Shown: positions 41,518 to 49,981 of the stretch, piece by piece
Layout of the letters: every line of letters begins with the position of its first letter
Numbering within the stretch: position 1 is the stretch's first letter
Origin: Coprothermobacterota bacterium
GTDB lineage: Bacteria; Coprothermobacterota; Coprothermobacteria; Coprothermobacterales; Coprothermobacteraceae
DNA: 64,000 nucleotides
Assembly: GCA_036679065.1 (NCBI GenBank)
Contig: JAZIGN010000001.1
Span: 32,001 to 96,000 of the forward strand
Reading direction: 5' to 3'
Position numbers and translations under genes: made by a program
The notes under the pieces: model-generated
Databases searched by the model: none
What the model saw: the letters and a program-made list of their open reading frames with translations, nothing else
Told to the model about the DNA's origin: nothing

Positions 41518-42342
41518 CTACCTTTGGGGTACTCCTTCTTTTCCTACATATCCCACTGCAAAAGTATTATTTCCAGTATAGGCGCCCACTATGGGGTTGC
41601 CCCTTGCCAGCAGTGCGTTGTGATCCTTCACCAGCTGCTCAATTTCCGGTACGTAGTCCGTGTAACCGATGATAAAGGGATAAGATCGATATGCATGTCC
41701 TTCTGCTTCTTCAACCAGCTTCTGCAAAATGTTAAAGGGATTGCCTCGTTCATTGCGCATGGGTACAATGTATCCCTCCTTTAGTTCCACAACAGGTTTT
41801 ACTCTTAGGATTTCTCCTACAAGTCCCGTAAAACGCGATATTCTGCCTGTTCTCATAAGGTTTTTCAACGTGGCAAACACTGCCCAAAAGCGCGTGCGCT
41901 GCCGTAGATCGTATAACCTGTTCGCCACGTCTTCCATGGATAGTCCTTCCTCCCGCATTCTTAACGCGGCCATGGCTAAAACGCCTGCCCCCATGGACAA
42001 ATTCCATGTGTCGAATACTACAACGTTTTTTCCTTTACTTTCTTTAGCAGCTGACAAAGCTGAGCTGTATGTCCCACTGATCTTTGAGCTTATTGTCATC
42101 ACAAGCACATCTTCGTGTCTAGCATTCTCAATGGCTGCCAAGAAGTCCTTTGGATTAGGCTGACTGGTGGATATGCGATCGTACTCGTTAGGCAGGATTC
42201 TGAAGAATTCATCCCTACTTATCTCTACAACGTCTTTGAAATACTGATCGCCAATCTTTACGTAAAGTGGTACCACGGAGAAATCATCAAAGGTGACCCC
42301 TTCCGGTAAATCGATTGCAGAATCGATTATGACTTGAAACAT
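41518..42342 (-). CDS. DegV/FakB fatty-acid-binding protein (tandem paralogue)
   Basis: IDSAIDLP, STSQPNP, SSKISGTY and LMRTGRI. Confidence 0.92.
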   Translation of the reverse strand: MFQVIIDSAIDLPEGVTFDDFSVVPLYVKIGDQYFKDVVEISRDEFFRILPNEYDRISTSQPNPKDFLAAIENARHEDVLVMTISSKISGTYSSALSAAKESKGKNVVVFDTWNLSMGAGVLAMAALRMREEGLSMEDVANRLYDLRQRTRFWAVFATLKNLMRTGRISRFTGLVGEILRVKPVVELKEGYIVPMRNERGNPFNILQKLVEEAEGHAYRSYPFIIGYTDYVPEIEQLVKDHNALLARGNPIVGAYTGNNTFAVGYVGKEGVPQR

Positions 42343-42379
42343 GATTTTTCTCCTTTCCTCCTCTGCCGTGCTCTTGGCG

Positions 42380-43684
42380 TCATGGTGTTAGCTTGTGTAA
42401 CATCCTGGGGAACGGTATGGTTTCTCTAATGTGGTCCAGCTTGCATATCCAAGCCACTGTTCTTTCCAAACCAATACCAAAACCCGAGTGCGGCACAGAA
42501 CCGTATTTTCTAAGATCCAAGTACCACTGATAATACTCTTCATTAAGACCGAACTCTCTCATTTTCTGGAGTAACAGGTCGTAATCATGAATACGCTCAC
42601 TGCCTCCAATGATTTCACCGTAACCTTCAGGTGCCAGTAAGTCTGCAGCTAGTACAACTTCTGGATTCTGAGGGTCGGGCTGCATGTAGAAAGCTTTTAT
42701 TTTTGCAGGGAAATGCGTCAGGAACACGGGCTTCTCATATTGGTTGGACAAGAAGGTTTCCTCTGGTGCTCCCAAGTCGTCTCCCCAAGTGATGTCGAAC
42801 CCATTCTTATTCAGCAGTTCCACAGCCTCGGTGTAAGTTATCCTGGGAAAAGGTGGTTCCACTTTCATCAGTGGTTCCAGCGGACGCTCCAGGATGGCCA
42901 AATCGTCTTCGTTTTCCTCCAGCACTCTTTTTACAATGTAGCTGACGAACTGTTCTTGGAGCTGAAGGTTATCTTCATATTCAAACCACGCTGCTTCCGG
43001 CTCTATCATCCAGAATTCCAGTAAGTGGCGCCGTGTTTTACTTTTTTCTGCTCTGAAGGTGGGCCCAAAGGTGTAAACCTTTCCTAATGCCAAGGCGCCT
43101 GCTTCGGCATAAAGCTGTCCACTTTGACTCAAATATGCTTTATCCCCGTGGTAGTCTACTTCAAATAGTGTAGTGGTTCCTTCAGCTGCGGCTGTGGTAA
43201 TGATGGGGGTGTCGAACCTGTAAAAACCATTTTCATTCAGGAACTCAATCATGGCTTTTTCAATGGTATGCCTAATGCGTAGAATGGCACTCTGTTTCTT
43301 ACTTCTTATCCACAAATGTCGGTTTTCTTCGAGGAATTCGATACCGTGTTCTTTGCGTCCCAGAGGCCAATCTTTGGTAACGTGAAACGCTTCAAAGTGA
43401 TCCGCATGAATTTCATATCCACTGGGTGCACGAGGTTCGCTTTTCGCAACACCTTTTACCACAATGGAACTTTCCAAAGAAGCATCTTTAGCTTGCTCCC
43501 ACTGTTCGGGTTTAAGCCGTTCTTGTTCCAGCACAACTTGGATGAAACCTGAGCCATCTCTCATTACGATGAAAATGATCTTTCCCTTTTCACGCTTCGT
43601 GTGAATCCAGCCTCTCAGTTCCACTCGTTCTCCTTCGTGCTTCCCAATGTCACGTATGCTGACCACTTTTTCCACGTCTGTCAC
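42380..43684 (-). CDS. asnS: Asparagine--tRNA ligase
   Basis: YLSQSGQLY, FRAEKSKTRRHLLEFWMIEPE, GEIIGGSER and PHSGFGIGLER. Confidence 0.96.
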   Translation of the reverse strand: MTDVEKVVSIRDIGKHEGERVELRGWIHTKREKGKIIFIVMRDGSGFIQVVLEQERLKPEQWEQAKDASLESSIVVKGVAKSEPRAPSGYEIHADHFEAFHVTKDWPLGRKEHGIEFLEENRHLWIRSKKQSAILRIRHTIEKAMIEFLNENGFYRFDTPIITTAAAEGTTTLFEVDYHGDKAYLSQSGQLYAEAGALALGKVYTFGPTFRAEKSKTRRHLLEFWMIEPEAAWFEYEDNLQLQEQFVSYIVKRVLEENEDDLAILERPLEPLMKVEPPFPRITYTEAVELLNKNGFDITWGDDLGAPEETFLSNQYEKPVFLTHFPAKIKAFYMQPDPQNPEVVLAADLLAPEGYGEIIGGSERIHDYDLLLQKMREFGLNEEYYQWYLDLRKYGSVPHSGFGIGLERTVAWICKLDHIRETIPFPRMLHKLTP

Positions 43685-43760
43685 ACACTCCCTTTCATTG
43701 TGTTATTACTGTTCACCTGTTTTGGTTGCTAATGCTCGTTGTTTTCTTCCCTTCGTTCCT

Positions 43761-44189
43761 CTACATTATTTGGTTTTTGGGATTCTTTGGTATCTCGAAT
43801 CCAATTGGCTTTGCCTTTATGGCTCGTATTTGTGGTATGAAATCAAAAGCGGCGCTGACCACAATCTGCATAGAAACCTGAAATTCTTCGAAGCTCATGT
43901 TCACAGTGGGGAAGTCGCACACAAGACGAACCATGCCATCGTCAGCCATGGCGAATTTTGCCATGGCAATACGGTAATTCATCTCAAATAACTGATTTAA
44001 CAGTTCCGAAGACACTTTTTCTTCTGCCATGAGTGGAACTTCGAAGCGTAAAAAATCTCGACTTAGTGTCAGCACCAAATTAATCTCCACATTATCTTGA
44101 TGGAAGGGAATGTCCCATTGGAAGCCGTTGAATTGAAATTGAAGATTTAGAATACGAAGGTACTCGTTTATTATGCCTGGCGTTACCAA
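43761..44189 (-). CDS. YbjN/type III chaperone-like domain protein
   Basis: LLNQLFEMNYRIAMAKFAM..DG.V motif typical of this fold; TTG start after a GGAGG SD. Confidence 0.65.
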   Translation of the reverse strand: MVTPGIINEYLRILNLQFQFNGFQWDIPFHQDNVEINLVLTLSRDFLRFEVPLMAEEKVSSELLNQLFEMNYRIAMAKFAMADDGMVRLVCDFPTVNMSFEEFQVSMQIVVSAAFDFIPQIRAIKAKPIGFEIPKNPKNQIM

Positions 44190-44301
44190 ACCGGCAGACC
44201 TCCTTTTTGAGCATTATTGTTGGCCTGTTACTGCTGTACCATTATTTTGTGATAATCTGAAAACTTTTCTATATTATAAGTCAGGAGGTGTCTAAAACCA
44301 T

Positions 44302-44853
44302 ATGAAAATACTAATTGCATCTGACCTGCATGGTAGCGTAGCAGCATTCCAAAAGGTTTTGGAAAATGAACCAGATTCTGAAATGGTGCTTCTCTTGGGG
44401 GATTATCTGTATCATGGACCCCGCAACCCGTTACCTGAAGGTTACAATCCAAGAGCCATGGCGGATCTAATAAATTCTTTGAGCAATGCTGTATTGGTTA
44501 AAGGCAACGTGGATGCACCCATCGACGAGGAACTTATTAAATGGCCCATGTCACCTTTGGTTCATTTAGTCTTTCATGATGGCGGCAATAATAGGAATGA
44601 CGTCCACATCTTAGCTCATCACGGTCACAACGCTGATCCAACAAAGCTTTACAAAACGCAAATGGTGGTTTCTGGACACACCCATGTAAAAGTCCTGGAA
44701 TATGACGCAAAAGAAGGCGTTTTCAGGCTTAACCCTGGTAGTCCATCACTGCCCAAAGACGGAACACCATCTTATGCCGTCATCCTCAGCGATTTTAGAG
44801 CACAGCTCAAATCATTGGACGGTCAAGTCATAAAGGAGATTCAGATTAGCTAA
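44302..44853 (+). CDS. yfcE: Metallophosphoesterase YfcE
   Basis: ASDLHGS, GDYLYHGPRNPLP, GNVD, GHTH and NPGSPSLPK. Confidence 0.9.
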   Translation: MKILIASDLHGSVAAFQKVLENEPDSEMVLLLGDYLYHGPRNPLPEGYNPRAMADLINSLSNAVLVKGNVDAPIDEELIKWPMSPLVHLVFHDGGNNRNDVHILAHHGHNADPTKLYKTQMVVSGHTHVKVLEYDAKEGVFRLNPGSPSLPKDGTPSYAVILSDFRAQLKSLDGQVIKEIQIS

Positions 44854-45898
44854 GCACTTTCCAGCCTGGATCAACTTTCAGCTTTATGACTGGTTCTATA
44901 ATGCCAACGACTTCTTGCCTATGGTTTTTCACAGGAGGCTGGTATTGATTTTTTAAAGCTTCGCCGTGAACATCTTCATCAGTTACCAAACCCAGTTGCC
45001 TAAGGACCTCCAATGTGATGGCTCCCAATGCTCTACTACTACCATCTACCACTTTTACTGCAATACCCAGGCCACGATTTAGCACGGACACCAGTTGAAC
45101 AGCTTCAGCACCGCCCTTACTCAGGAATGCGCCTTGGAAGAAGAGCATAAATTCAGTGTCAAAGCGACCTTTCCCTGCAACCAAATGAGGGTAGTTTGTC
45201 ATGGCCATTGCTACTTTTGATGCTGGTTCCTTATATTCCTCGGGCAGAATTTCAGGAGTTCCCAGTTTTGCGAAAGCCAATGCAGCGTTGTAAAGAGGCA
45301 CTCCAAAAACAGGTACGCCGCAGCCGTCAATACCTATCTCCACTTTCTCTGGAGGCATCTCAAAGAACTCTGACACTATTTTAAGTATCCTTTGCTGCAC
45401 TGGGTGATCCGGGAGAAAGTAAGTCTGCAGTGGCCACTTGTGGTACACGCACTGTGCAAGCATGCCTGTATGTTTCCCTGAACAATTATGGAAAGCTGGG
45501 GTTAGCTCGATGTTGTTCAGCTTTATGAATTCGGCAGTGCTCTTGTCAAAAGGTTCGTGAACGCCACACTGCAAATATGACTCGTCCAAGCCAATTTTCT
45601 TTAGCGCTGATCTTACAAGTTCCACATGTTCCAGCGTACCAGAATGTGAAGCGCACATCACGGCTATTTCTTCCATGGTAAAACCGTACTGGATGTCCAA
45701 TTTATCCATGAGCATAGGAATGGCTTGTAGCGGTTTTGAAGCTGATCTGAGGAAAGTTACGCGCTGAGGTGAACCAGCTGAGGCAATCAATCTTCCTTTG
45801 TAGTCTACTACCACTGCATCTGCGTAATGCACACTTTCTGTTAGCTCGTTTCTTAAAACTAGCGCACCCAATGTGGGCGGATTTGCATAGTCTTCCAC
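44846..45898 (-). CDS. Asparaginase II family (Rhizobium-type AnsA, class 3)
   Basis: RSASKPLQA, CASHSG, HNCSGKH, DGCGVP and SKGGAE. Confidence 0.9.
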   Translation of the reverse strand: MEDYANPPTLGALVLRNELTESVHYADAVVVDYKGRLIASAGSPQRVTFLRSASKPLQAIPMLMDKLDIQYGFTMEEIAVMCASHSGTLEHVELVRSALKKIGLDESYLQCGVHEPFDKSTAEFIKLNNIELTPAFHNCSGKHTGMLAQCVYHKWPLQTYFLPDHPVQQRILKIVSEFFEMPPEKVEIGIDGCGVPVFGVPLYNAALAFAKLGTPEILPEEYKEPASKVAMAMTNYPHLVAGKGRFDTEFMLFFQGAFLSKGGAEAVQLVSVLNRGLGIAVKVVDGSSRALGAITLEVLRQLGLVTDEDVHGEALKNQYQPPVKNHRQEVVGIIEPVIKLKVDPGWKVLS

Positions 45899-46090
45899 GG
45901 TTTGCCTCCTTGGTATCTTACGTTAAGTGTCGTTTAAATTTTAGCACTTTGAGTCAAGTTAGTAGATTACAGGTCAATGATGAGATATCAGCCGTAAGAC
46001 ATAGTAGTTGTTAGATAATAACAGCTTACAAGACATTTATGACGAAAATGGCATTTGATACACAATTAGAGCGTTCTATACTAATTTATT

Positions 46091-46867
46091 GTGAATAATA
46101 CGCAGAACATAAAGAGGAGGACAAGAAAAGCTTTGGAAAACCGTCTGAGTTTGGGGGAACAGAAACAATCTCTGATTTACGGTCCTGTGAGTAGTAGGCG
46201 TTTTGGTACCACAATTGGAATTAGTCTCATACCGTTGAAGGTTTGTTCTTTTGATTGCGTTTTTTGTGAACTTTCCGTTCACACCAACGTGTTAACGCTG
46301 GAACGCCACACGTACGTCAGTGTAAACGAAGTACTCAAGGAACTGAGAAATTTCCCAACTCAGGGAGTGGATTACATTGCGCTCTCAGGAGCTGGCGAAC
46401 CCACATTAGCAGCGAACATGGGCGAAGTCATTGATGCACTGCATCAGAACTACCCAGTGTCGGTGTTAGTCCTAAGTAACGGGAGCACGGTTTTCATGAA
46501 TGATGTTCAAGAAGAACTAAGAAGAGCCGACGCTGTGAAACTCACGTTCTCCTCATTAAACGAAGAAGCATTCAAGCGTTTGAACCAGCCCGTTGAAGGA
46601 GTAACTGCTGCAAAAGTTGCTCGGGGCATTGAGGAATTTGCATCTTCCTTCAGTGGCAGGCTTTATTTTGAGATAGTCGTGGTCAAGGGCATAAACGATG
46701 ATCTGTCTGAGGTAAGAAAAACAGTTGAGTTCTTAGCTCAGTTTAAGCCTTACCACATCGATATAAACCGGCCTGTAAGGCCGGGAACGGCGCGTTATCT
46801 TGAGCTACCTGATAAAGAGCTTTACATGCCTTTGGAGCGCGAATTCACCGGCCTCAGGGTATTCTAA
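46091..46867 (+). CDS. Radical SAM protein (YGPVxSRRxG family)
   Basis: YGPVSSRRFG, CSFDCVFC and SGAGEPTL. Start uncertain. TTGATA-N16-TATACT promoter-like element at 46055-46082. Confidence 0.85.
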   Translation: MNNTQNIKRRTRKALENRLSLGEQKQSLIYGPVSSRRFGTTIGISLIPLKVCSFDCVFCELSVHTNVLTLERHTYVSVNEVLKELRNFPTQGVDYIALSGAGEPTLAANMGEVIDALHQNYPVSVLVLSNGSTVFMNDVQEELRRADAVKLTFSSLNEEAFKRLNQPVEGVTAAKVARGIEEFASSFSGRLYFEIVVVKGINDDLSEVRKTVEFLAQFKPYHIDINRPVRPGTARYLELPDKELYMPLEREFTGLRVF

Positions 46868-46894
46868 GAAAACAAGAACTTTTCGTTGGCTGCC

Positions 46895-47422
46895 TTAACG
46901 CAGCTTGACCAAAACTGGACCTACGCTACTGGTAGCACATACGGCGTAGTTGTAGCCATCCAAAGTCACCGTCTCAGCAAAGGATATTTCTGCCCCAGTC
47001 GCTGTTGCCATTGCTTCTGCTGCCTTGTCAGCAGAACTGTCTACGGGCCAACAGATGTAGAATGCACTTCCTATTGGATTTCCCGTGGAAACCTCACCAG
47101 TGGTGTAGGCAAAGAAATCTTCCAATTTCTTCTCCTTATCCCATGGCCAAGGAGTTGACCTTTCGTAGTAGGCTTTTAGCATGTCTGTTCCAGTGTGAGA
47201 TTCATCTAAGGCCACATTGCCGGTGGGGTAGAACTGGTGATCCATGCGGTACAGCTCCAAGTACTGAAGAACTTTAGGTGACGAAGACAGTAGCGTACTC
47301 ACATTTGCACGCTGACGTGCTAGCGCATAGGATGGATACAATGTTGCTGTAAGTAATGCAATTACTGCGAGTACTACCATGATTTCCATAAGTGTGAAAC
47401 CATTCCTTGCTCTTAACTTCAA
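46895..47422 (-). CDS. Type IV pilin/pseudopilin-like protein
   Basis: Class III signal peptide ...ARNG/FTLME followed by a hydrophobic helix. Start revised to the TTG at 47422, which follows GGGAGG. Confidence 0.88.
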   Translation of the reverse strand: MKLRARNGFTLMEIMVVLAVIALLTATLYPSYALARQRANVSTLLSSSPKVLQYLELYRMDHQFYPTGNVALDESHTGTDMLKAYYERSTPWPWDKEKKLEDFFAYTTGEVSTGNPIGSAFYICWPVDSSADKAAEAMATATGAEISFAETVTLDGYNYAVCATSSVGPVLVKLR

Positions 47423-47694
47423 AATGACAGCCTCCCTCTTTTTATGTAGAACATTGATTTTGACTCCAATCTGCTTGTGCATGTCCAATGGAAGGTGCCT
47501 AACCTATGGAGCCAAAACTCTTTAATTGTACATGTACAGCAAGTGTTTTTTGTGTGGATGTGTGTTTGTGAGCCAATGGTGCTCACGCGAGCGCATACGT
47601 AGGTACCTAGTATGATGTATGTGCTCTGCGAGTATGTGTCTGTGGTGAAACGCGCGTGGTATAATAACAAACAGTAGAATGTATAAGTTCTACG

Positions 47695-47821
47695 GCGGAA
47701 AAGTGGAAGTAGGCGCCACGCCTCACCTGCCGGTAAACTCATGTGCTTGGCAGGTTACAAGTGCGAGCAACGGGCTCGCACCAAGTGGATAGTGGGTGCG
47801 CATACTTTCACCCACTTTTTT
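47695..47821 (+). promoter_or_regulatory. Ribosomal protein L20 leader (attenuator) upstream of infC-rpmI-rplT
   Basis: TGGTATAAT at 47657-47665; L20-leader-like GAAGTAGGCG..CGCCTCACCTG...CAGGT; terminator hairpin AGTGGGTG...CACCCACT plus U tract at 47791-47821, just before the SD. Boundaries approximate. Confidence 0.7.
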
Positions 47822-47841
47822 AATTGAGGAGGTAGAAGAAC

Positions 47842-48423
47842 ATAAGCACTTCGAAGGATTTAGGGTACAGGGTGAATGAACAGATTAGATCACCAAAGGT
47901 CAGAGTGGTTGACGAGAATGGCAAGCAATTGGGTGTTTTCATCACAGCAGAAGCCATAAGAATGGCACGTAGCAGAGGTTATGACTTGGTGGAGGTGGCT
48001 CCCACGGCGGATCCACCGGTTTGTCGGTTTATCGACTATGACAAGTTCCGCTACGAAATGGCAAAGAAAGCCAAGGAAGCGAAGAGGAACCAGACCGTCA
48101 TTGAAGTGAAAGAGATTCGTCTCAGATTGGGTACTGACGTTCACGATCTGGAAACGAAGATGAAAAAGATCAGGGAATTCTTGGAAGATGGTAACAAAGT
48201 TAAGGTAACCCTGCGTCCTAGAGGCCGTGAGAGGGCTCTTGAAGAACAGATTCGACAGAAACTATTGTCCATTGCAGAAAAGCTGTCAGATGTGGGACAA
48301 GTGGAGCAAGACGTGCGTGCAGAGGGCAGAAATTTCTATTTCATGATAGCGCCCAAGAAAAAGAAGGAGGCAAATAAAGATGGGAAAACCGAAGAACAGC
48401 AGGACAGCAGCCAAGAGGTTTAA
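47842..48423 (+). CDS. infC: Translation initiation factor IF-3 (non-canonical AUA start)
   Basis: NEQIRSPKVRVV, DLVEVAP...PPVC and KVKVTL..RGRE. GAGGAGGT SD precedes an in-frame ATA at 47842. Confidence 0.95.
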   Translation: MSTSKDLGYRVNEQIRSPKVRVVDENGKQLGVFITAEAIRMARSRGYDLVEVAPTADPPVCRFIDYDKFRYEMAKKAKEAKRNQTVIEVKEIRLRLGTDVHDLETKMKKIREFLEDGNKVKVTLRPRGRERALEEQIRQKLLSIAEKLSDVGQVEQDVRAEGRNFYFMIAPKKKKEANKDGKTEEQQDSSQEV

Positions 48424-48574
48424 AGTTACTGGTTCTGGCAAGTACATGTACCGTTCTGCCATGAACCACTTGAGAAGACATAAGAGTGCTTCCAGGTTAA
48501 GAAGGTTGAAAGCACCAAAAGTAGTTGATGAAACTTATTTGGGCCACGTTCAAGATTTGTTGCCCAGGCCATAG
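48380..48574 (+). CDS. rpmI: 50S ribosomal protein L35
   Basis: AAKRFKVTGSGK; between infC and rplT. Confidence 0.93.
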   Translation: MGKPKNSRTAAKRFKVTGSGKYMYRSAMNHLRRHKSASRLRRLKAPKVVDETYLGHVQDLLPRP

Positions 48575-48587
48575 GAGGTGTTTTTGA

Positions 48588-48941
48588 ATGCGTGTTAAGA
48601 CCAGTGTTAACAAGAGGGCAAGGCATAAAAAAGTACTCAAGGAAGCAAAAGGTTATTTTGGTGCTTCCCACCGTGTTTACCGTAAGGCAAATGAAGCAGT
48701 TCTGAAGGCTGGCGAAGATGCCTTTGCTGGACGCAGGCAGCGTAAAAGGGACATGCGCAGTTTGTGGATCACCAGAATCAACGCCGCAGCCAGGAATAAC
48801 GGCATGACTTACTCTAACTTCATGCATGGCTTGAAAGTTGCTGGCATACAAATTGACAGAAAGATGCTGGCTGAATTGGCTGTGACCGACCCAGAGGGAT
48901 TCAGTGCTCTGGTGGAGAAGGCCAAGGAGGCCGTAGGGTAA
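48588..48941 (+). CDS. rplT: 50S ribosomal protein L20
   Basis: [30 protein letters not shown] and [10 protein letters not shown]. Confidence 0.97.
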   Translation: MRVKTSVNKRARHKKVLKEAKGYFGASHRVYRKANEAVLKAGEDAFAGRRQRKRDMRSLWITRINAAARNNGMTYSNFMHGLKVAGIQIDRKMLAELAVTDPEGFSALVEKAKEAVG

Positions 48942-49960
48942 TGATGAAGGAGGTTGAAGAGGTCGAACAAGTAGCACGTGACTTCGAATCCGACCTTCAA
49001 ACGCTTCCTCCCGATCAGCTCAGGATCAAGTACTTATCGAAAAAAGGCTTAATTCCAAAACTGTTGGAAAAAATCCCGACGCTTCCGCCTGAGCAGCGTC
49101 GGGATTTTGGTAAATACGTGAATGACTTGAAGAAACGCGTTGAAGAGCAGATTAAACAGTTGGAAGAACAGCTGGTTGCCGGTGGCTCCAAACAAGTTGC
49201 TGTGGAACCCCTGTTTCTCAATGATATGACCCTGGAAGGCAAACGTCCTCCCCTGGGAAACGTTCACGTGCTTTTTAAGGCCCGTGATGAGCTACTGGGC
49301 ATTTTTAAGTCCATGGGATTTGGTTTCTTCGACGGTCCCGAACTGGAAACCGATTTTTACAACTTCGAGGCATTGAACTTTCCGCCTTACCACCCCGCAC
49401 GAGACATGCAGGACACATTGGTGGTGGGAGACAAAGTGCTGCGAACTCACTCTTCAGCCATGCAGGTTAGAGCTTTGCAAGCTTGGGGTGTTCCCATTAA
49501 GGTAATTCTTCCAGGCAGGGTTTACCGCCGTGAAGAGGTTTCTGCAAGGAAATATCCTGTGTTTTATCAGTTTGACTGCCTGGCTGTGGGTGAAAACATT
49601 GGGGTGGGCCACCTGAAATGGACCTTGGAAACGTTCCTTAGTGCTTACTTCCAGAAGAGTGTCACAGTCAGGTTCAGACCCAGCTATTTTCCTTTTGTGG
49701 AGCCCGGTAATGAGGTGGATGTGAAATGCGTTTTCTGTGACGGTCAGGGCTGCAGCGTGTGTGGGGGTACGGGTTGGTTAGAAATACTTGGAGCCGGCTT
49801 AGTACATCCAAGAGTTTTGGAATATGCAGGAGTGGATCCAGATCGTTACAGCGGTTTTGCCTTCGGTGTGGGCGTGGACCGTATGGCCATGCTCAAATAC
49901 GGCATTAACGACATACGTCTTATTTATGAGGGCGACGTCAGTTTCCTCAGGTCGCTTTAA
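48941..49960 (+). CDS. pheS: Phenylalanine--tRNA ligase alpha subunit
   Basis: NFEALNFPPYHPARDMQDT, LRTHSS, RFRPSYFPFVEPG and GFAFGVGVDR. Confidence 0.96.
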   Translation: MMKEVEEVEQVARDFESDLQTLPPDQLRIKYLSKKGLIPKLLEKIPTLPPEQRRDFGKYVNDLKKRVEEQIKQLEEQLVAGGSKQVAVEPLFLNDMTLEGKRPPLGNVHVLFKARDELLGIFKSMGFGFFDGPELETDFYNFEALNFPPYHPARDMQDTLVVGDKVLRTHSSAMQVRALQAWGVPIKVILPGRVYRREEVSARKYPVFYQFDCLAVGENIGVGHLKWTLETFLSAYFQKSVTVRFRPSYFPFVEPGNEVDVKCVFCDGQGCSVCGGTGWLEILGAGLVHPRVLEYAGVDPDRYSGFAFGVGVDRMAMLKYGINDIRLIYEGDVSFLRSL

Positions 49961-49981
49961 GGTGCTAAGGTGTGATGTGCG

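Noticed and set aside
48426..48977. 183-aa minus-strand ORF and other long antisense ORFs (e.g. 52378-52962, 22312-22812)
   Set aside because: Shadow ORFs of well-supported genes on the opposite strand.
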